Assembly (NCBI GenBank): GCA_963737905.1
Contig: CAVTUQ010000002.1
Location: 224,001-288,000, forward strand
Direction of reading: 5' to 3'
DNA: 64,000 nucleotides
From: an uncultured delta proteobacterium
GTDB taxonomy: Bacteria > Desulfobacterota > Binatia > UBA9968
The notes below the pieces were generated by a model. That model ran no database searches, had not been told where the DNA came from, and saw only the letters and a program-made list of their open reading frames with translations. The translations under genes and the position numbers were made by a program. Position 1 is the first letter of the stretch, and every line of letters starts with the position of its first letter. Shown here piece by piece: positions 40,784-51,088 of the stretch.

Positions 40784-42092
40784 TCACTCTGCTTTAGCCG
40801 GGAGGTCACCGACCAGCGCGGTCAGTAACTCGCCGCGTCCTACAATGCCCACCAGTTTTCCCGCATCATCGACCACCGGAAATCGTTTGATGCGTTTTTC
40901 GGCAGACATCGCAAGCGCTGTACCGATTGACTCATTCGCGCGAAGAGTTGTTACCGGCTGCGTCATCAAGTCCGCGGCAGTTTTTCCGCGGGCTTTTTGA
41001 AGATGGCTGCGTGCTTCCACGCTGCGAGACCCCAGAGGCAGTTTGCTGACAAGTTGTTCCAGAATCCCCGGATGCGTTTCCGGACTCATCCGCGCCATCA
41101 GATCGGTATCCGAAATAATCCCTCTGACATGACGATCCGTATCGACTACCACCACCCGTTGCGATCTGTCACTGGTCAAAAGCGTGAGTACCTCGGTGAG
41201 CACGGCTTCGGGCGATACAATAGAGACCGACTGATCCATCACGTCGGCAACCGTTCGCACGCTCGCGTAAGGATGGCCCGTCTCTCGTCGAGACGCCAAC
41301 TGAGGCAGATGGCCCGCTGCAAGAGCCCTCAGAATATCAAACCGGCTAAGCATCCCCACCAACCGCCTTTGAGGCATCGACCACGGGCAGCCGCTTGAAA
41401 TTCTTCTTGGCCATCAAGCGCGCGGCCTCGCTCAGCGAAGCTTCGGGGAAGACAGTAATCGGGTCTGAGGTCATCACGTCAGCTACAATGCGCGTGTTTT
41501 GCCGCAACCGGGTGATAAGCGACCGCGCCAAATCCGGGTCCGTGGCTCTCTTGAGGCTGAGTCTAACCTCCATGTCGCCGCGTTCGAGCAAATCGGTGTC
41601 GCTGATGATGCCGACCAGGAGGCCTCCCGTATTGACTACGGGAAGCGCCGTGTAAGGTTTGTCTAATAACTTTTCAACGACTTCGGCCAAAGGCACCTCC
41701 GGACCCACCGTTGCGACTTCGCGCGTCATGATCTCTTCAACCTTCACGTCAGGCAATCCTTCCCGTAATGTTGAAGAGTATTGATAGATTTGAATGTCTT
41801 CCACCGTGATCAGACCCGCCGGCACCATTTGCGCCAATTGTGGGAGAAGCCGTTCGACGCGATCAGGACGATCAACCCAGGTGACAACCACGGGCAAGTC
41901 CATGGAAAGCTCCAGGAGCGAAGTCGTCTTGATTCGACTATCGGCGCCGAAGCCGGCGATGCCGCGTTCTACAGTTGCACCGGCGCAACCTTCGCGGCGC
42001 AAAAACTCTAGGATCGCCATGTACAGCGGCTTGTGATACCACCGGTCGGTCTCACCGATAAAAATCGTCACTCTTTTTCCCTGGCCATTCAT
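40784..42092 (-). CDS. DUF190 (PII-like) domain plus multiple CBS domains, one frameshift at ~41370
   Basis: RVTIFIGETDRW..GATVERGIAGFG..DLPVVV, then CBS repeats; LPVVDASK continues as RLVGMLSRFDIL in the adjacent frame. Confidence 0.85.
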
Positions 42093-42111
42093 AGATTCTC
42101 TCGCATGGCAA

Positions 42112-42143
42112 TAAAAAAACCCCTACTTCTCACGAAGTAGGGG
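42112..42143 (-). terminator. Intrinsic terminator, expression platform of the fluoride riboswitch
   Basis: Minus strand CCCCTACTTC-GTGA-GAAGTAGGGG-TTTTTTT, overlapping the aptamer 3' end. Confidence 0.9.
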
Positions 42144-42192
42144 TCATCAATCCGCCCGGGCGGATGGTTTACACGGCGAACCCCATCGCCTC
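42135..42192 (-). ncRNA. Fluoride riboswitch (crcB motif)
   Basis: Minus strand GGCGATGGGGTTCGCC-GTGTAAACC-ATCCGCCCGGGCGGAT-TGATGACCCCTAC, upstream of DUF190-CBS/crcB. Confidence 0.93.
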
Positions 42193-42322
42193 TACAGTTA
42201 TCCTGAAACTACCGCATCCGCAGTCGACTTGCAATGCCAGCGAAGCCGCATATAGCCGCCTCGCGTACGCCCGCGCCTCTAGCGGTTGACCCACCAAGGC
42301 AAGATGGGTAGATTAGAAACCC

Positions 42323-43501
42323 ATGCCATTGGCAACTATTGAAGCGGCCATCGAAGAGATTCGACGGGGCCGGATGGTCATCCTGATGGATGACAAAGAC
42401 CGCGAGAACGAGGGTGATCTCTGTATGGCAGCGGAGAAGATCACTCCCCAGGCCATCAATTTCATGGCCACCTATGGGCGGGGGCTCATCTGTCTTCCAC
42501 TAACGGAAGAACAGGTGAAGCATCTGCAGATCGCAATGATGGTTTCCGAGAACACCTCTCCCTTCGGCACGGCTTTCACAGTATCCGTTGACGCGACGTC
42601 GGGAATTACCACCGGTATTTCCGCGGCCGATCGCGCGAAAACGATTCTCGACGCCATTGCCGACGATGCAAAGCCGCAGGATCTCGTCACCCCCGGTCAC
42701 GTCTTTCCCCTGCGTGCTCGAAACGGCGGCGTTTTGGTCCGAGCGGGACAGACCGAGGGTTCCGTGGATCTAGCCCGTCTTGCCGGTCTTAAACCGGCAG
42801 GCGTCATTTGTGAAATCATGAAGGACGACGGCACCATGGCGCGCCAGCCGGATCTCATGAAGTTTGCCAAGAAACACAAGCTCAAAGTATGCACCGTTGC
42901 GGACCTCATCCAACATCGGCTTAATTATGATTCGCTGGTTTATCGGGCAGCGACCGCGCCGCTGCCGACCCGCTTGGGCGGAGAATTTCAAGCGATTGTC
43001 TACAACACCCATGTAGACCATAGCGAGCACCTGGCATTGATCAAGGGCGATATCTCTCCCCGAGAGGAAACCCTGGTCCGGGTGCACACCAAGTACGTTC
43101 CCGGCGACGTATTCGGTTTTGCGCTTCTCAACACGGGCGCCGTCATCGAGCGCTCCATGGAAATTATCGCTCGCGAAGGCAAGGGGGTAATTCTCTATCT
43201 CCAACCCGAGCGCAAAGGCGCGCATCCCTCCATGGTCGCCTACCCCAGAGTCGAAGGTAAACAACAAAAGGATATGAATCTTTCCTTTGTCTACCGCGCC
43301 GACTTCAAGGAGTACGGGATCGGGGCGCAAATATTGCGGGATCTGGGAGTGGGCAAGATGCGGCTACTGACCAACAACCGCAAGCATCTCGTGGGGCTTC
43401 GTGGCTATGGGTTGGAAGTCACTTCGTTGGAGTCCATTCCACGAGATAATCCGCTTCGTGAAGTTGCAAAGCAAAAAAAGACCAAAGCTAACAGTGCATA
43501 G
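42323..43501 (+). CDS. ribB: 3,4-dihydroxy-2-butanone 4-phosphate synthase fused to a degenerate GTP cyclohydrolase II domain (RibBX-like)
   Basis: [41 protein letters not shown]; C-terminal domain lacks the Zn cysteines. Confidence 0.9.
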   Translation: MPLATIEAAIEEIRRGRMVILMDDKDRENEGDLCMAAEKITPQAINFMATYGRGLICLPLTEEQVKHLQIAMMVSENTSPFGTAFTVSVDATSGITTGISAADRAKTILDAIADDAKPQDLVTPGHVFPLRARNGGVLVRAGQTEGSVDLARLAGLKPAGVICEIMKDDGTMARQPDLMKFAKKHKLKVCTVADLIQHRLNYDSLVYRAATAPLPTRLGGEFQAIVYNTHVDHSEHLALIKGDISPREETLVRVHTKYVPGDVFGFALLNTGAVIERSMEIIAREGKGVILYLQPERKGAHPSMVAYPRVEGKQQKDMNLSFVYRADFKEYGIGAQILRDLGVGKMRLLTNNRKHLVGLRGYGLEVTSLESIPRDNPLREVAKQKKTKANSA

Positions 43502-43563
43502 GCTTGGGATGCCAATCGTGCTCTGATATTTTGGGTTTGAAATTTCGATCGCAGTGAGGATCT

Positions 43564-43773
43564 ATGCCGATTTTCGAATACAGCTGTCGCCGTTGCCAAC
43601 ATAGTTTCGAGACCATCCTTCTTTCCGCAGGAGAAAAAGTCAGCTGCCCAAAATGCGAGAGTTCCGCAGTGGAAAAACAACTCTCGGTTTTCAGCTCACC
43701 GGGTTCCCAGTCGGAAAAAGCCGTTGCCGGAGGGGGTTGTGGCTGCACACCGCAAACTTGCGGCTGCCATTAA
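43564..43773 (+). CDS. FmdB-family zinc-ribbon protein
   Basis: MPIFEYSCRRC...CPKCES, Cys/Gly-rich tail. Confidence 0.88.
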   Translation: MPIFEYSCRRCQHSFETILLSAGEKVSCPKCESSAVEKQLSVFSSPGSQSEKAVAGGGCGCTPQTCGCH

Positions 43774-44294
43774 TCCGAATTCACCGGGCTCAGATACCTG
43801 GGAAGATCGGGCCGGATCCGTTTAAGCGCTTCGCCGATATTCGAAAAGACTCTCTCCTCCACCAATTGACCGTTCACCCAAAAGTCCAATGACGGAGCAT
43901 CGGTAAAATTGATGTCGACGTAACGTTCCCCTGGCGGTTCGGCCGTGATTACCACTCTAACGGAGTAGCCGGCATCGACGATCAACCCGCGGGCGCCGGG
44001 AGGCAAAAGAAGACTGTTCTTGATCTTGGCGAGCCTTTCAGGAGGATAAGAGCCAACCTCGAGAGAAAAGTATCCCCATTCCCCCGGGGCCACGGAGAGT
44101 TCCTTAAGCATTCTCGGATTGATATCAACGAGATTTTTTGCCGCTTGGTCTTGATTGTACCCCTTGAGCAGCTCGTAGGCCCATTTTTCAACGATGCCCT
44201 TGATCGGCGCGGCCGGCTTCTCGCGCTCTTTGACCGGCCCGCGGTCGATCCACCACTTGGTTTCTTCAAAGGGCGCTGTTTTTTCGTCTGCCAT
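43770..44294 (-). CDS. Hypothetical protein
   Basis: 174-aa ORF with normal composition, collinear with upstream gene. Confidence 0.7.
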   Translation of the reverse strand: MADEKTAPFEETKWWIDRGPVKEREKPAAPIKGIVEKWAYELLKGYNQDQAAKNLVDINPRMLKELSVAPGEWGYFSLEVGSYPPERLAKIKNSLLLPPGARGLIVDAGYSVRVVITAEPPGERYVDINFTDAPSLDFWVNGQLVEERVFSNIGEALKRIRPDLPRYLSPVNSD

Positions 44295-44334
44295 AAAAAC
44301 CTAGGAACAGATTCTCCGCCTGCTTATCATCGCG

Positions 44335-45327
44335 TCAAACCTTGAAATCTTCCAGCGTGTTGGGAGCGAAGAGAGATTTTAATTCCGGGAATTTCTTAAT
44401 CAATCCTTGCTCATGCGAATATTGAATGAGCGTTTCCAAAACGTGGCGATTGGCCTCCAATCCGTAGGGCCAGAAGGCGTCTCCAAAAAGTTCCTTTTCT
44501 TCCTCGACATCCGCAAAGGACCAGGCAAGCATATATTTAAGCGCCGAATACTTATACAGCGACTCTTCGCAAATCCTTTTCGATTCCGCGAAGGCCTTGC
44601 ACAGGCTTTGAGCCACCCAAGGAAACTTTTCGTACACTTCCTCGCGCAGCACAATCGCGTGCATAATTGGAAATATCTTTGTCCGCCGGTAGTAATCCTT
44701 TTCCACCTCACGGAAGTTTGCGAACAGTCTCTTCACCTTGGGAGACCGCCGAACAAATGGAGAAGGAATGTGGGCGCAGATCAAGCCATCGAGCTCGCCT
44801 TGCTCGAGCATGCTTGACAGCGTTCGATCCGGGCCAATCCATCGAATATCGATGTTTTTGCCCAAGTCGGGCTTGAGTTTTTCTTCACGGCCCGCATCCT
44901 CAGCGCCTCCGGTAAACCATTTTACTTTTTCCGGCGCGACCCCGTAATCATGCTGCAAAATACCCCTGATCCATACGGCGGCAGTGATCTGGTACTCAGG
45001 CACGCCCACACGCCGTCCGATCAAGTCCTTCGGCCCCTCAATGCCGGAGTCCGTGTTCACAAAAATAAAAGAGTGCCGAAAGAATCTCGAGGGAAAAACC
45101 GGTAGGGCGATCAATCGCGGATGACCTCGGTCGCGTGCCATCAGATAGGAGCTCATGGAGCACTCGGCGGCGTCGAACTCCTGATAACGAAGCATACGCC
45201 AAAACGTCTCTTCGACGTGGAGCGGCAAATAAGTCAACTCCACGCCTTCGACCTGAACCCTCCCCTCCTGGAGTGCGCGGGTACGGTCATACTCCCAACA
45301 TGACAAAGTCAGAGGAATTTTCCCCAT
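44335..45327 (-). CDS. 4,5-dihydroxyphthalate decarboxylase-like protein (periplasmic-binding fold, no signal peptide)
   Basis: YDRTRAL.EGRV, PVFPSRFFRHS, GVPEYQITAAVWIRGIL, IFPIMH, WPYGLEANR. Confidence 0.82.
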   Translation of the reverse strand: MGKIPLTLSCWEYDRTRALQEGRVQVEGVELTYLPLHVEETFWRMLRYQEFDAAECSMSSYLMARDRGHPRLIALPVFPSRFFRHSFIFVNTDSGIEGPKDLIGRRVGVPEYQITAAVWIRGILQHDYGVAPEKVKWFTGGAEDAGREEKLKPDLGKNIDIRWIGPDRTLSSMLEQGELDGLICAHIPSPFVRRSPKVKRLFANFREVEKDYYRRTKIFPIMHAIVLREEVYEKFPWVAQSLCKAFAESKRICEESLYKYSALKYMLAWSFADVEEEKELFGDAFWPYGLEANRHVLETLIQYSHEQGLIKKFPELKSLFAPNTLEDFKV

Positions 45328-45370
45328 GATGTTCTCCTTCTCGAAGGTCGTGGCACGCGAGTGCAATTTG

Positions 45371-45568
45371 TTAACTTATTCCGGCAAGAAACTTTGCGGC
45401 GCCGATAACGAATTGCTCCCTCTCACCCTGCAGCACAACCGCGGCTTCGCCGGAAGCCAGTGTCGTCCGGCGTTCGATCGTATAAGGCTTGCCTTGGAAT
45501 CTGACTTGCTGCCCCGGGTTGAATCGACTGAGTTTCAAGTGATCCGGTTGCGGATCGATTTTCTCCAT
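45371..45568 (-). CDS. Small hypothetical protein
   Basis: 65 aa, beta-rich pattern FNPGQQVRFQGKPYTI. Confidence 0.55.
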   Translation of the reverse strand: MEKIDPQPDHLKLSRFNPGQQVRFQGKPYTIERRTTLASGEAAVVLQGEREQFVIGAAKFLAGIS

Positions 45569-45719
45569 AGCAATGTTGTTTAATATCATATCCGTGATGA
45601 AAGCTTAAACTCCGGGTGGCCGAACCCAATTGCTCAGCGGCGCCCATGGGTTATCGACCGCACGGAATTGACAGCCTGAAAACTGCAGCATAAAGTTCCG
45701 TTGATCGAGGAGAACTGAA

Positions 45720-46649
45720 GTGCGCATTGCCATAATGGGCGCCGGGGCGGTGGGAGGTTACTTTGGTGCACGACTGGCGGCTGCCTCTAACGATGTTGCG
45801 TTTATCGCGCGTGGCCTGCATTTGGCGGCGATGCGGCGGGAGGGACTCAATCTCGAGAGTCCTCAAGGCAACCTGCAGATTCGTGACGCTCTCTTCACCG
45901 ACGATCCTACCCAGATCGGCGTCGTCGATCTTGTGCTCTTCTGCGTCAAGTCCTACGACACGGAAGAAGCGGCTGCAAAACTGGCACCGCTGATCGGCCA
46001 CCGGACGATCATTTTATCGCTGCAAAACGGCGTCGACAACGCCGACAAGATCGCACAGCGATGGGGTAACGAGAAAACCCTGGCGGGCGTGGTCTACCTT
46101 GGCTCGCAACTGCTGCAGCCGGGAAAGCTCAAACATTCGTCGGGAGGCAGAATCGTGTTCGGCGAGTTGGACGGCAAACTCCATGAGACAACCCGAGTTG
46201 TTGAGCGGGTTCTCTCTTCGGCGCAGATTTCCTGCGAGGTGAATGCGGAAATTCGAAGCGTTCAATGGCGCAAGCTGTTGTGGAATGCCCCCTTTTGCGC
46301 AATCAGTTGCCTGACCCATGCCAATGTGAAAGAAATCGTGGAATCCGACTCGCTCACAAAACTAGCGTTGGATTGCATGACGGAGGTCCGAGCCGCAGCC
46401 AAAGCGCAAGCCATTGATCTCGATCGCGCGTTGTTCGATGAAACGCTTAATTTTTCCAAGAGCCTCGGAGACTTCAAACCTTCGATGCTTCAGGATCTCG
46501 AAGCGGGCAAACCGCTTGAGTATGAAGCGTTCAATGGCATAGTAGTCGAATTGCTGCGCCGAACCGGGAAGGAAGCACCGACGAACCAAGTTTTCTACGG
46601 CGCACTAAAATATCTGGACAAGAAAATAAAAACGGAAAGGTCGCAATAA
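45720..46649 (+). CDS. panE: 2-dehydropantoate 2-reductase (ApbA/PanE family)
   Basis: IMGAGAVGG, CVKSYD, LQNG, WRKLLWN, SMLQDLEAGKPLE. Confidence 0.9.
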   Translation: MRIAIMGAGAVGGYFGARLAAASNDVAFIARGLHLAAMRREGLNLESPQGNLQIRDALFTDDPTQIGVVDLVLFCVKSYDTEEAAAKLAPLIGHRTIILSLQNGVDNADKIAQRWGNEKTLAGVVYLGSQLLQPGKLKHSSGGRIVFGELDGKLHETTRVVERVLSSAQISCEVNAEIRSVQWRKLLWNAPFCAISCLTHANVKEIVESDSLTKLALDCMTEVRAAAKAQAIDLDRALFDETLNFSKSLGDFKPSMLQDLEAGKPLEYEAFNGIVVELLRRTGKEAPTNQVFYGALKYLDKKIKTERSQ

Positions 46650-46673
46650 CGATCTGCGGTAGAACTGAATCTT

Positions 46674-47552
46674 ATGACAAGAATATTTTTATTGCTGCTT
46701 TTGGTCGGTTCGATCCCTGGGGTATCCGCCACGGCACAGGCCCAAACTGAGAAGGAGCTTGTCGCCAAAGGCCAATACATCTTTGCTCTCGCCGGCGGCT
46801 GCGCCTGTCACAGTGTCCCGAAAGAGACTCCGCACGCCGGCGGCCGCGCCTTTCCAATTCCTTTGGGTACAGTCTACAGCACGAATATCACACAGGACAA
46901 AGAAACCGGTCTTGGTAATTGGACCGATCAGCAAATTTACGACGCCATGGTTAAAGGCATCCGGCCCGACGGCAGCCGGATCTTACCCGTCATGCCCTAC
47001 GAAGGGTATTCCGGGATGGCTCAAGAAGACCTCAAAGCGCTCATCGCCTACTTAAGGACCTTGAAGCCCGTGAAGAAAGCAACGCCTCCCCTGAAAAGTT
47101 GGGCGCCCTTCGCCCGTAGCTTGGGGACGCCCGTTTATTTAAAAGTCTTTGGTCGGTTCTCCAGTTCGCCGGCGCAGGCACCGAAGAGTGGAATCGAAAG
47201 GGGGCGTTATCTGGTCGAGCACGTGTCGCTTTGCGTCGACTGCCACACGCCAAGGAATTTTATTGGGGCGCCGAAGCGATCTCTTTATCTCGCCGGCGCC
47301 GACAAAAAAATCGGCCCTTTAGGTCAGGCGGTGCCGAACATCACACCGGACAAAGAGACAGGTATCGGAGATTGGAAACGGGAAGATATCGTGGAGCTGT
47401 TAATAAACGGCAACAAGCCGGACATGGACAACGTTCAAGGTCTCATGGCCGAGGTGATCGAGCACGGGTACAAAAGCATGACCAAGGAAGATGCTCTGGC
47501 CGTCGCCGACTATTTGAAATCGATCCCGCCAGTTAAGAATAAAATCGAGTAG
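46674..47552 (+). CDS. Exported two-domain cytochrome c (GADH/ADH cytochrome subunit-like)
   Basis: Signal peptide, NITQDKETGLGNW and NITPDKETGIGDW repeats, motifs CACH and CVDCH. Confidence 0.88.
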   Translation: MTRIFLLLLLVGSIPGVSATAQAQTEKELVAKGQYIFALAGGCACHSVPKETPHAGGRAFPIPLGTVYSTNITQDKETGLGNWTDQQIYDAMVKGIRPDGSRILPVMPYEGYSGMAQEDLKALIAYLRTLKPVKKATPPLKSWAPFARSLGTPVYLKVFGRFSSSPAQAPKSGIERGRYLVEHVSLCVDCHTPRNFIGAPKRSLYLAGADKKIGPLGQAVPNITPDKETGIGDWKREDIVELLINGNKPDMDNVQGLMAEVIEHGYKSMTKEDALAVADYLKSIPPVKNKIE

Positions 47553-47571
47553 CTTTCGCCTTCACGCGCAT

Positions 47572-48558
47572 CTAGGCCCGCGGAACTTGTTTCACGACCT
47601 CGGCGAGGATCTCATCGGTATTGACATTTTCCGCTTCCGCCTGAAAATTGAGGATAATGCGATGCCGCAGAGCGGGGTAAATTACCCTGGCGACATCCTC
47701 GTAGCTCACATGGATTCTACCGTCGGCCAGTGCGTTGCCCTTGGCTCCCAGAATGACGGCTTGGGCGCCGCGCGGGCTGGAACCAAAGCGGAGATATTGT
47801 TTGACTGGAGAGCCGGAACCGTGACCGTTGCTCAAATTGGGCTGCGTCGCATGTACAACGCGCACGACATAATCCTCGATGGGTGGAGCAATCAACACCT
47901 GGCGCAGAAGTTGTTGCATTTGGCTGATCAGCTTTCCGCCATCGTCCGGGAGCACTTTTCCCGTATCGCCGATCTCCATGCCAGTGGTCCGTTTAAGGAT
48001 TTCCCTCAGCTCCACCGGTGACGGTGGTGCCACCATGAGTTTGAAGAAAAATCGATCCAGCTGCGCCTCGGGGAGCGGATAAGTTCCCTCGAGCTCGATC
48101 GGATTTTGGGTGGCCAGCACTATGAACGGGGATGCCAAGATGTGGGATTCGCCAAAGACCGTCACTTGCTTTTCCTCCATCGCTTCCAAAACTGCGGATT
48201 GGGTCTTCGGCGTCGCGCGGTTGATCTCATCCGCGAGGACCACATGCGCAAATATCGGTCCTTTTTTGAATTGAAACTCGCGGCGGCCATTGGCTTCGGT
48301 CAGGACTTCTGTGCCTACGATATCGGAGGGCATTAGATCCGGCGTAAACTGAATACGCTTGAATGAAACTCCCAGGGCATGACTCAAGGATTTCACGAGC
48401 AATGTTTTGCCCAAACCCGGCACCCCCTCCAGCAAGACATGCCCGCTGGCGAAAAAAGCGATCAATACTTGCCTGATGACTTCGTCGTGGCCGACGATAA
48501 CTTTTCGTACCTCAGCTTCCAACCGTTTGAAGACTTGCTGAAATTTCTCTGGCTCCAT
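47572..48558 (-). CDS. MoxR-family AAA+ ATPase
   Basis: HVLLEGVPGLGKT, RIQFTPDLMPSD, LADEINRA, ATQNPIE, YPLPEAQLDRF. Confidence 0.95.
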   Translation of the reverse strand: MEPEKFQQVFKRLEAEVRKVIVGHDEVIRQVLIAFFASGHVLLEGVPGLGKTLLVKSLSHALGVSFKRIQFTPDLMPSDIVGTEVLTEANGRREFQFKKGPIFAHVVLADEINRATPKTQSAVLEAMEEKQVTVFGESHILASPFIVLATQNPIELEGTYPLPEAQLDRFFFKLMVAPPSPVELREILKRTTGMEIGDTGKVLPDDGGKLISQMQQLLRQVLIAPPIEDYVVRVVHATQPNLSNGHGSGSPVKQYLRFGSSPRGAQAVILGAKGNALADGRIHVSYEDVARVIYPALRHRIILNFQAEAENVNTDEILAEVVKQVPRA

Positions 48559-48575
48559 CAGGTTCCCTTTCTGGT

Positions 48576-49958
48576 TCAACGAATAATGCCGCGGTACTCC
48601 AAGGGCAACTGTTGTTTTTCTGTCGGGGCGTCGGGCACGTGAGCAGGCAACGGAACATTGCTCGCCGGTGATTTCGGATAGGCCTGGCTTTCTTTTGACT
48701 GCTTGCTGATACTCCCTTCGCCCTTCGAATCGGCGGCCAATTCTTCCGGCAATTGCACGGTTATATAACCCGCCCCTTTGACTCCCCCTTTACCCTGCTC
48801 GCCCGGCTTATAAAACCGCTCCGCCGGTGGCACCCCCTGAGGGATCTCCTCCGACCGACTCCTCCCTGGTCTATCCTGCGACCCACCTTGCGTCTTCCCT
48901 GTCAGCTCCTTACCTGTATCTTTATCGGACTTGTTGCTGGAGTCCGGTTGATTGCTTTTTCCGTCAGGCTGACTCTGTTGGTTTTTTTCTTTGCCTTGCT
49001 GTTTCGGATCGCCCCGAGCACTTTGTCCCTGTGGGCTATCTCTGGTTTGTTCAGCGTTCAACTCGGTTCCGCTATCGCCGCCCCCCTGACCTTGTTTCCC
49101 CTTTCCTTGTCCTTCCTGGGAAAGATTGCTTTTCACCCCTCCATCGCCTTTTTCTGAGTCTTTTTGTTCACTACGACCGGACGGCTGTTCCAGCCCTTGA
49201 AGCGTGCTCGAAGTCTCCCCTAAAAGATCGCGGCTTTCTCTCTCTTTTTCTTTCTCTTGTTGCTTCTTTACCTGTTCCAAGGTTTCGTGAATCAGCGCCT
49301 GCTTCTCCGGCCCCGATACGGCCGGTTGCTGGAGTTTCATTGCGAGGGTTTGCAGATCATGGGCCAATGCCGACAACGCCGGTTTCTGCCCCATTTTTTC
49401 CGCGAGCTCACTAATCTTCTCGTAGGCCGGAGCCTGGCGTCGCGTTGATCCAATCAGTGGCATCGAGAGATGAAACAGGACCGCCGCGACGAGAGAGCCC
49501 AGGAACGACCAGTAAAAGGACCGCTTTATGCTATAGGGAAACTCGCGGCGAAAATCGATCCGCTCCAGGAGCGCTGCGGCCTCGCCTCGCAAACGCCCTA
49601 CCCAGGCGGCAGGCCAGAGGGCCACGTCGATCGTTGCCAAGGTGAGGAAGCGGTCTTTCGCCCCGGTCTTGTCGTCCACCAATCGAGCAGCGGAACCTAC
49701 CGACGGGATCAAAGGACGGATGCGAAACATCACCGCAAGCAGACCCACTCCGATAATTGCGCTGCAGAGTAGTAGAAACGTCAGCGATGCGATCCAGGCG
49801 GCGCGGTAGAGATAAGCCGCGAGGTAGATGGCAGCCAGCAGCGGCGGCGAGCAAATCAGGAGAGAATCCCAGAGCGCGTGATGGCGTAACTGCGCTACCA
49901 ACCGACCCACTTGCTGTTCCGGCGACCCTCCAGTCTGTGCATCCGTGGACGTCGTCAT
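48576..49958 (-). CDS. Hypothetical membrane protein with coiled-coil and Q/G/K-rich tail (MoxR-associated)
   Basis: Three TM segments, low-complexity C-terminal half, ends LPLEYRGII. Confidence 0.75.
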   Translation of the reverse strand: MTTSTDAQTGGSPEQQVGRLVAQLRHHALWDSLLICSPPLLAAIYLAAYLYRAAWIASLTFLLLCSAIIGVGLLAVMFRIRPLIPSVGSAARLVDDKTGAKDRFLTLATIDVALWPAAWVGRLRGEAAALLERIDFRREFPYSIKRSFYWSFLGSLVAAVLFHLSMPLIGSTRRQAPAYEKISELAEKMGQKPALSALAHDLQTLAMKLQQPAVSGPEKQALIHETLEQVKKQQEKEKERESRDLLGETSSTLQGLEQPSGRSEQKDSEKGDGGVKSNLSQEGQGKGKQGQGGGDSGTELNAEQTRDSPQGQSARGDPKQQGKEKNQQSQPDGKSNQPDSSNKSDKDTGKELTGKTQGGSQDRPGRSRSEEIPQGVPPAERFYKPGEQGKGGVKGAGYITVQLPEELAADSKGEGSISKQSKESQAYPKSPASNVPLPAHVPDAPTEKQQLPLEYRGIIR

Positions 49959-50002
49959 GCCGGCTAACTATAACATGTTAGCAGGACGCCATAAATGCGT
50001 CG

Positions 50003-51058
50003 CTAATCGCGACGTGGCGCGTGTTTGCGGCGGGACGCAGCGGCATCGTTGCGTGGCTGATAGGTTTTGACTGCCTGGCTGTGCGCCTCCAAGTTTTCCG
50101 AGAAAAGGTGGGTGCCGTCGTTTTTTGACACAAAATAAAGAAATGGCACTGAAGCGGGATAGAGTGCGGCTCTTAGAGATGAGAGGCCCGGGTTGCAAAT
50201 CGGCCCCGGCGGAAGGGCAGGAATGCGGTAGGTGTTGTAAGGGCTCGAAGCGTGCAAATCTTTCCGGGTCAAATTACCATTAAAGTCTTTGATACCGTAG
50301 ATAACCGTCGGATCACTTTGCAGCGGCATTTTAAGCTTCAGCCGGTTGTGAAATACAGCCGACACCAGGGGTCTCTCGGCTTCGACACCGGTTTCCTTCT
50401 CAATAATCGAAGCCAGGGTCACGACTTCATGCGGCGATAGACCGTTATCATCGTTTCGCTGTCCGGTCAGGGGTTCGACGCTCTTGCGAAACTGCTCTGC
50501 CATCTTCAGGATGATTTCTCGGGGTGGTGTTTCTGGAATAAAGCTATAGGTGTTTGGAAACAGATAACCTTCGAGACTCCTACCTTGCAGGCCGAGAGAC
50601 GAAAGCAGTTCGGGATCACTGGCGGCGGCAAGGAACTGCTCCTCTCGGACAATACCCATTTTGGCCAACAAATCTGCGACTTCTTTGACCGTCAGTCCTT
50701 CAGGAATTGTAACCCTCTGGAATATCCCTTTGCCGAGCACCATATGGTCGAGAACTTCTGACGGTGACAAAGGCAACTCGAAGCGATAGAGTCCCCAATG
50801 AATTTTTTTCTCTAATCCCGAGTAGCGTGCCCACAGCGAGAAGAGTCTTTCGTTGGTGACGACCTTGTGGTCCCGCAGTTTGCGGACCACCGTAGAAAAT
50901 GATTCTCCTTGTTCGATGCGGATTTCGACGGTGCCGGACCGCGGGGAAGCACCCAGGAAAATGTAGGAGAAAACAAATCCTGCAAAAAGTACAGCCGAAA
51001 CAAAGACGAGGCAAAGAGTAATGAGAAAAGACTTCATCCCTAAAAAGCGAAAGGACAC
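50003..51058 (-). CDS. mltG: Endolytic transglycosylase MltG
   Basis: VTIPEG, LEGYLFPNTY, LASIIEKE, LQSDPTVIY, SPYNTY..LPPGPICNPG. Confidence 0.95.
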   Translation of the reverse strand: MSFRFLGMKSFLITLCLVFVSAVLFAGFVFSYIFLGASPRSGTVEIRIEQGESFSTVVRKLRDHKVVTNERLFSLWARYSGLEKKIHWGLYRFELPLSPSEVLDHMVLGKGIFQRVTIPEGLTVKEVADLLAKMGIVREEQFLAAASDPELLSSLGLQGRSLEGYLFPNTYSFIPETPPREIILKMAEQFRKSVEPLTGQRNDDNGLSPHEVVTLASIIEKETGVEAERPLVSAVFHNRLKLKMPLQSDPTVIYGIKDFNGNLTRKDLHASSPYNTYRIPALPPGPICNPGLSSLRAALYPASVPFLYFVSKNDGTHLFSENLEAHSQAVKTYQPRNDAAASRRKHAPRRD

Positions 51059-51088
51059 GGAAACAAAGACCCGGGTTGCGCAAACGCG

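Noticed and set aside
41346-41377. Programmed ribosomal frameshift in DUF190-CBS
   Set aside because: No canonical slippery heptamer at the junction; a single-base error or mutation is simpler.
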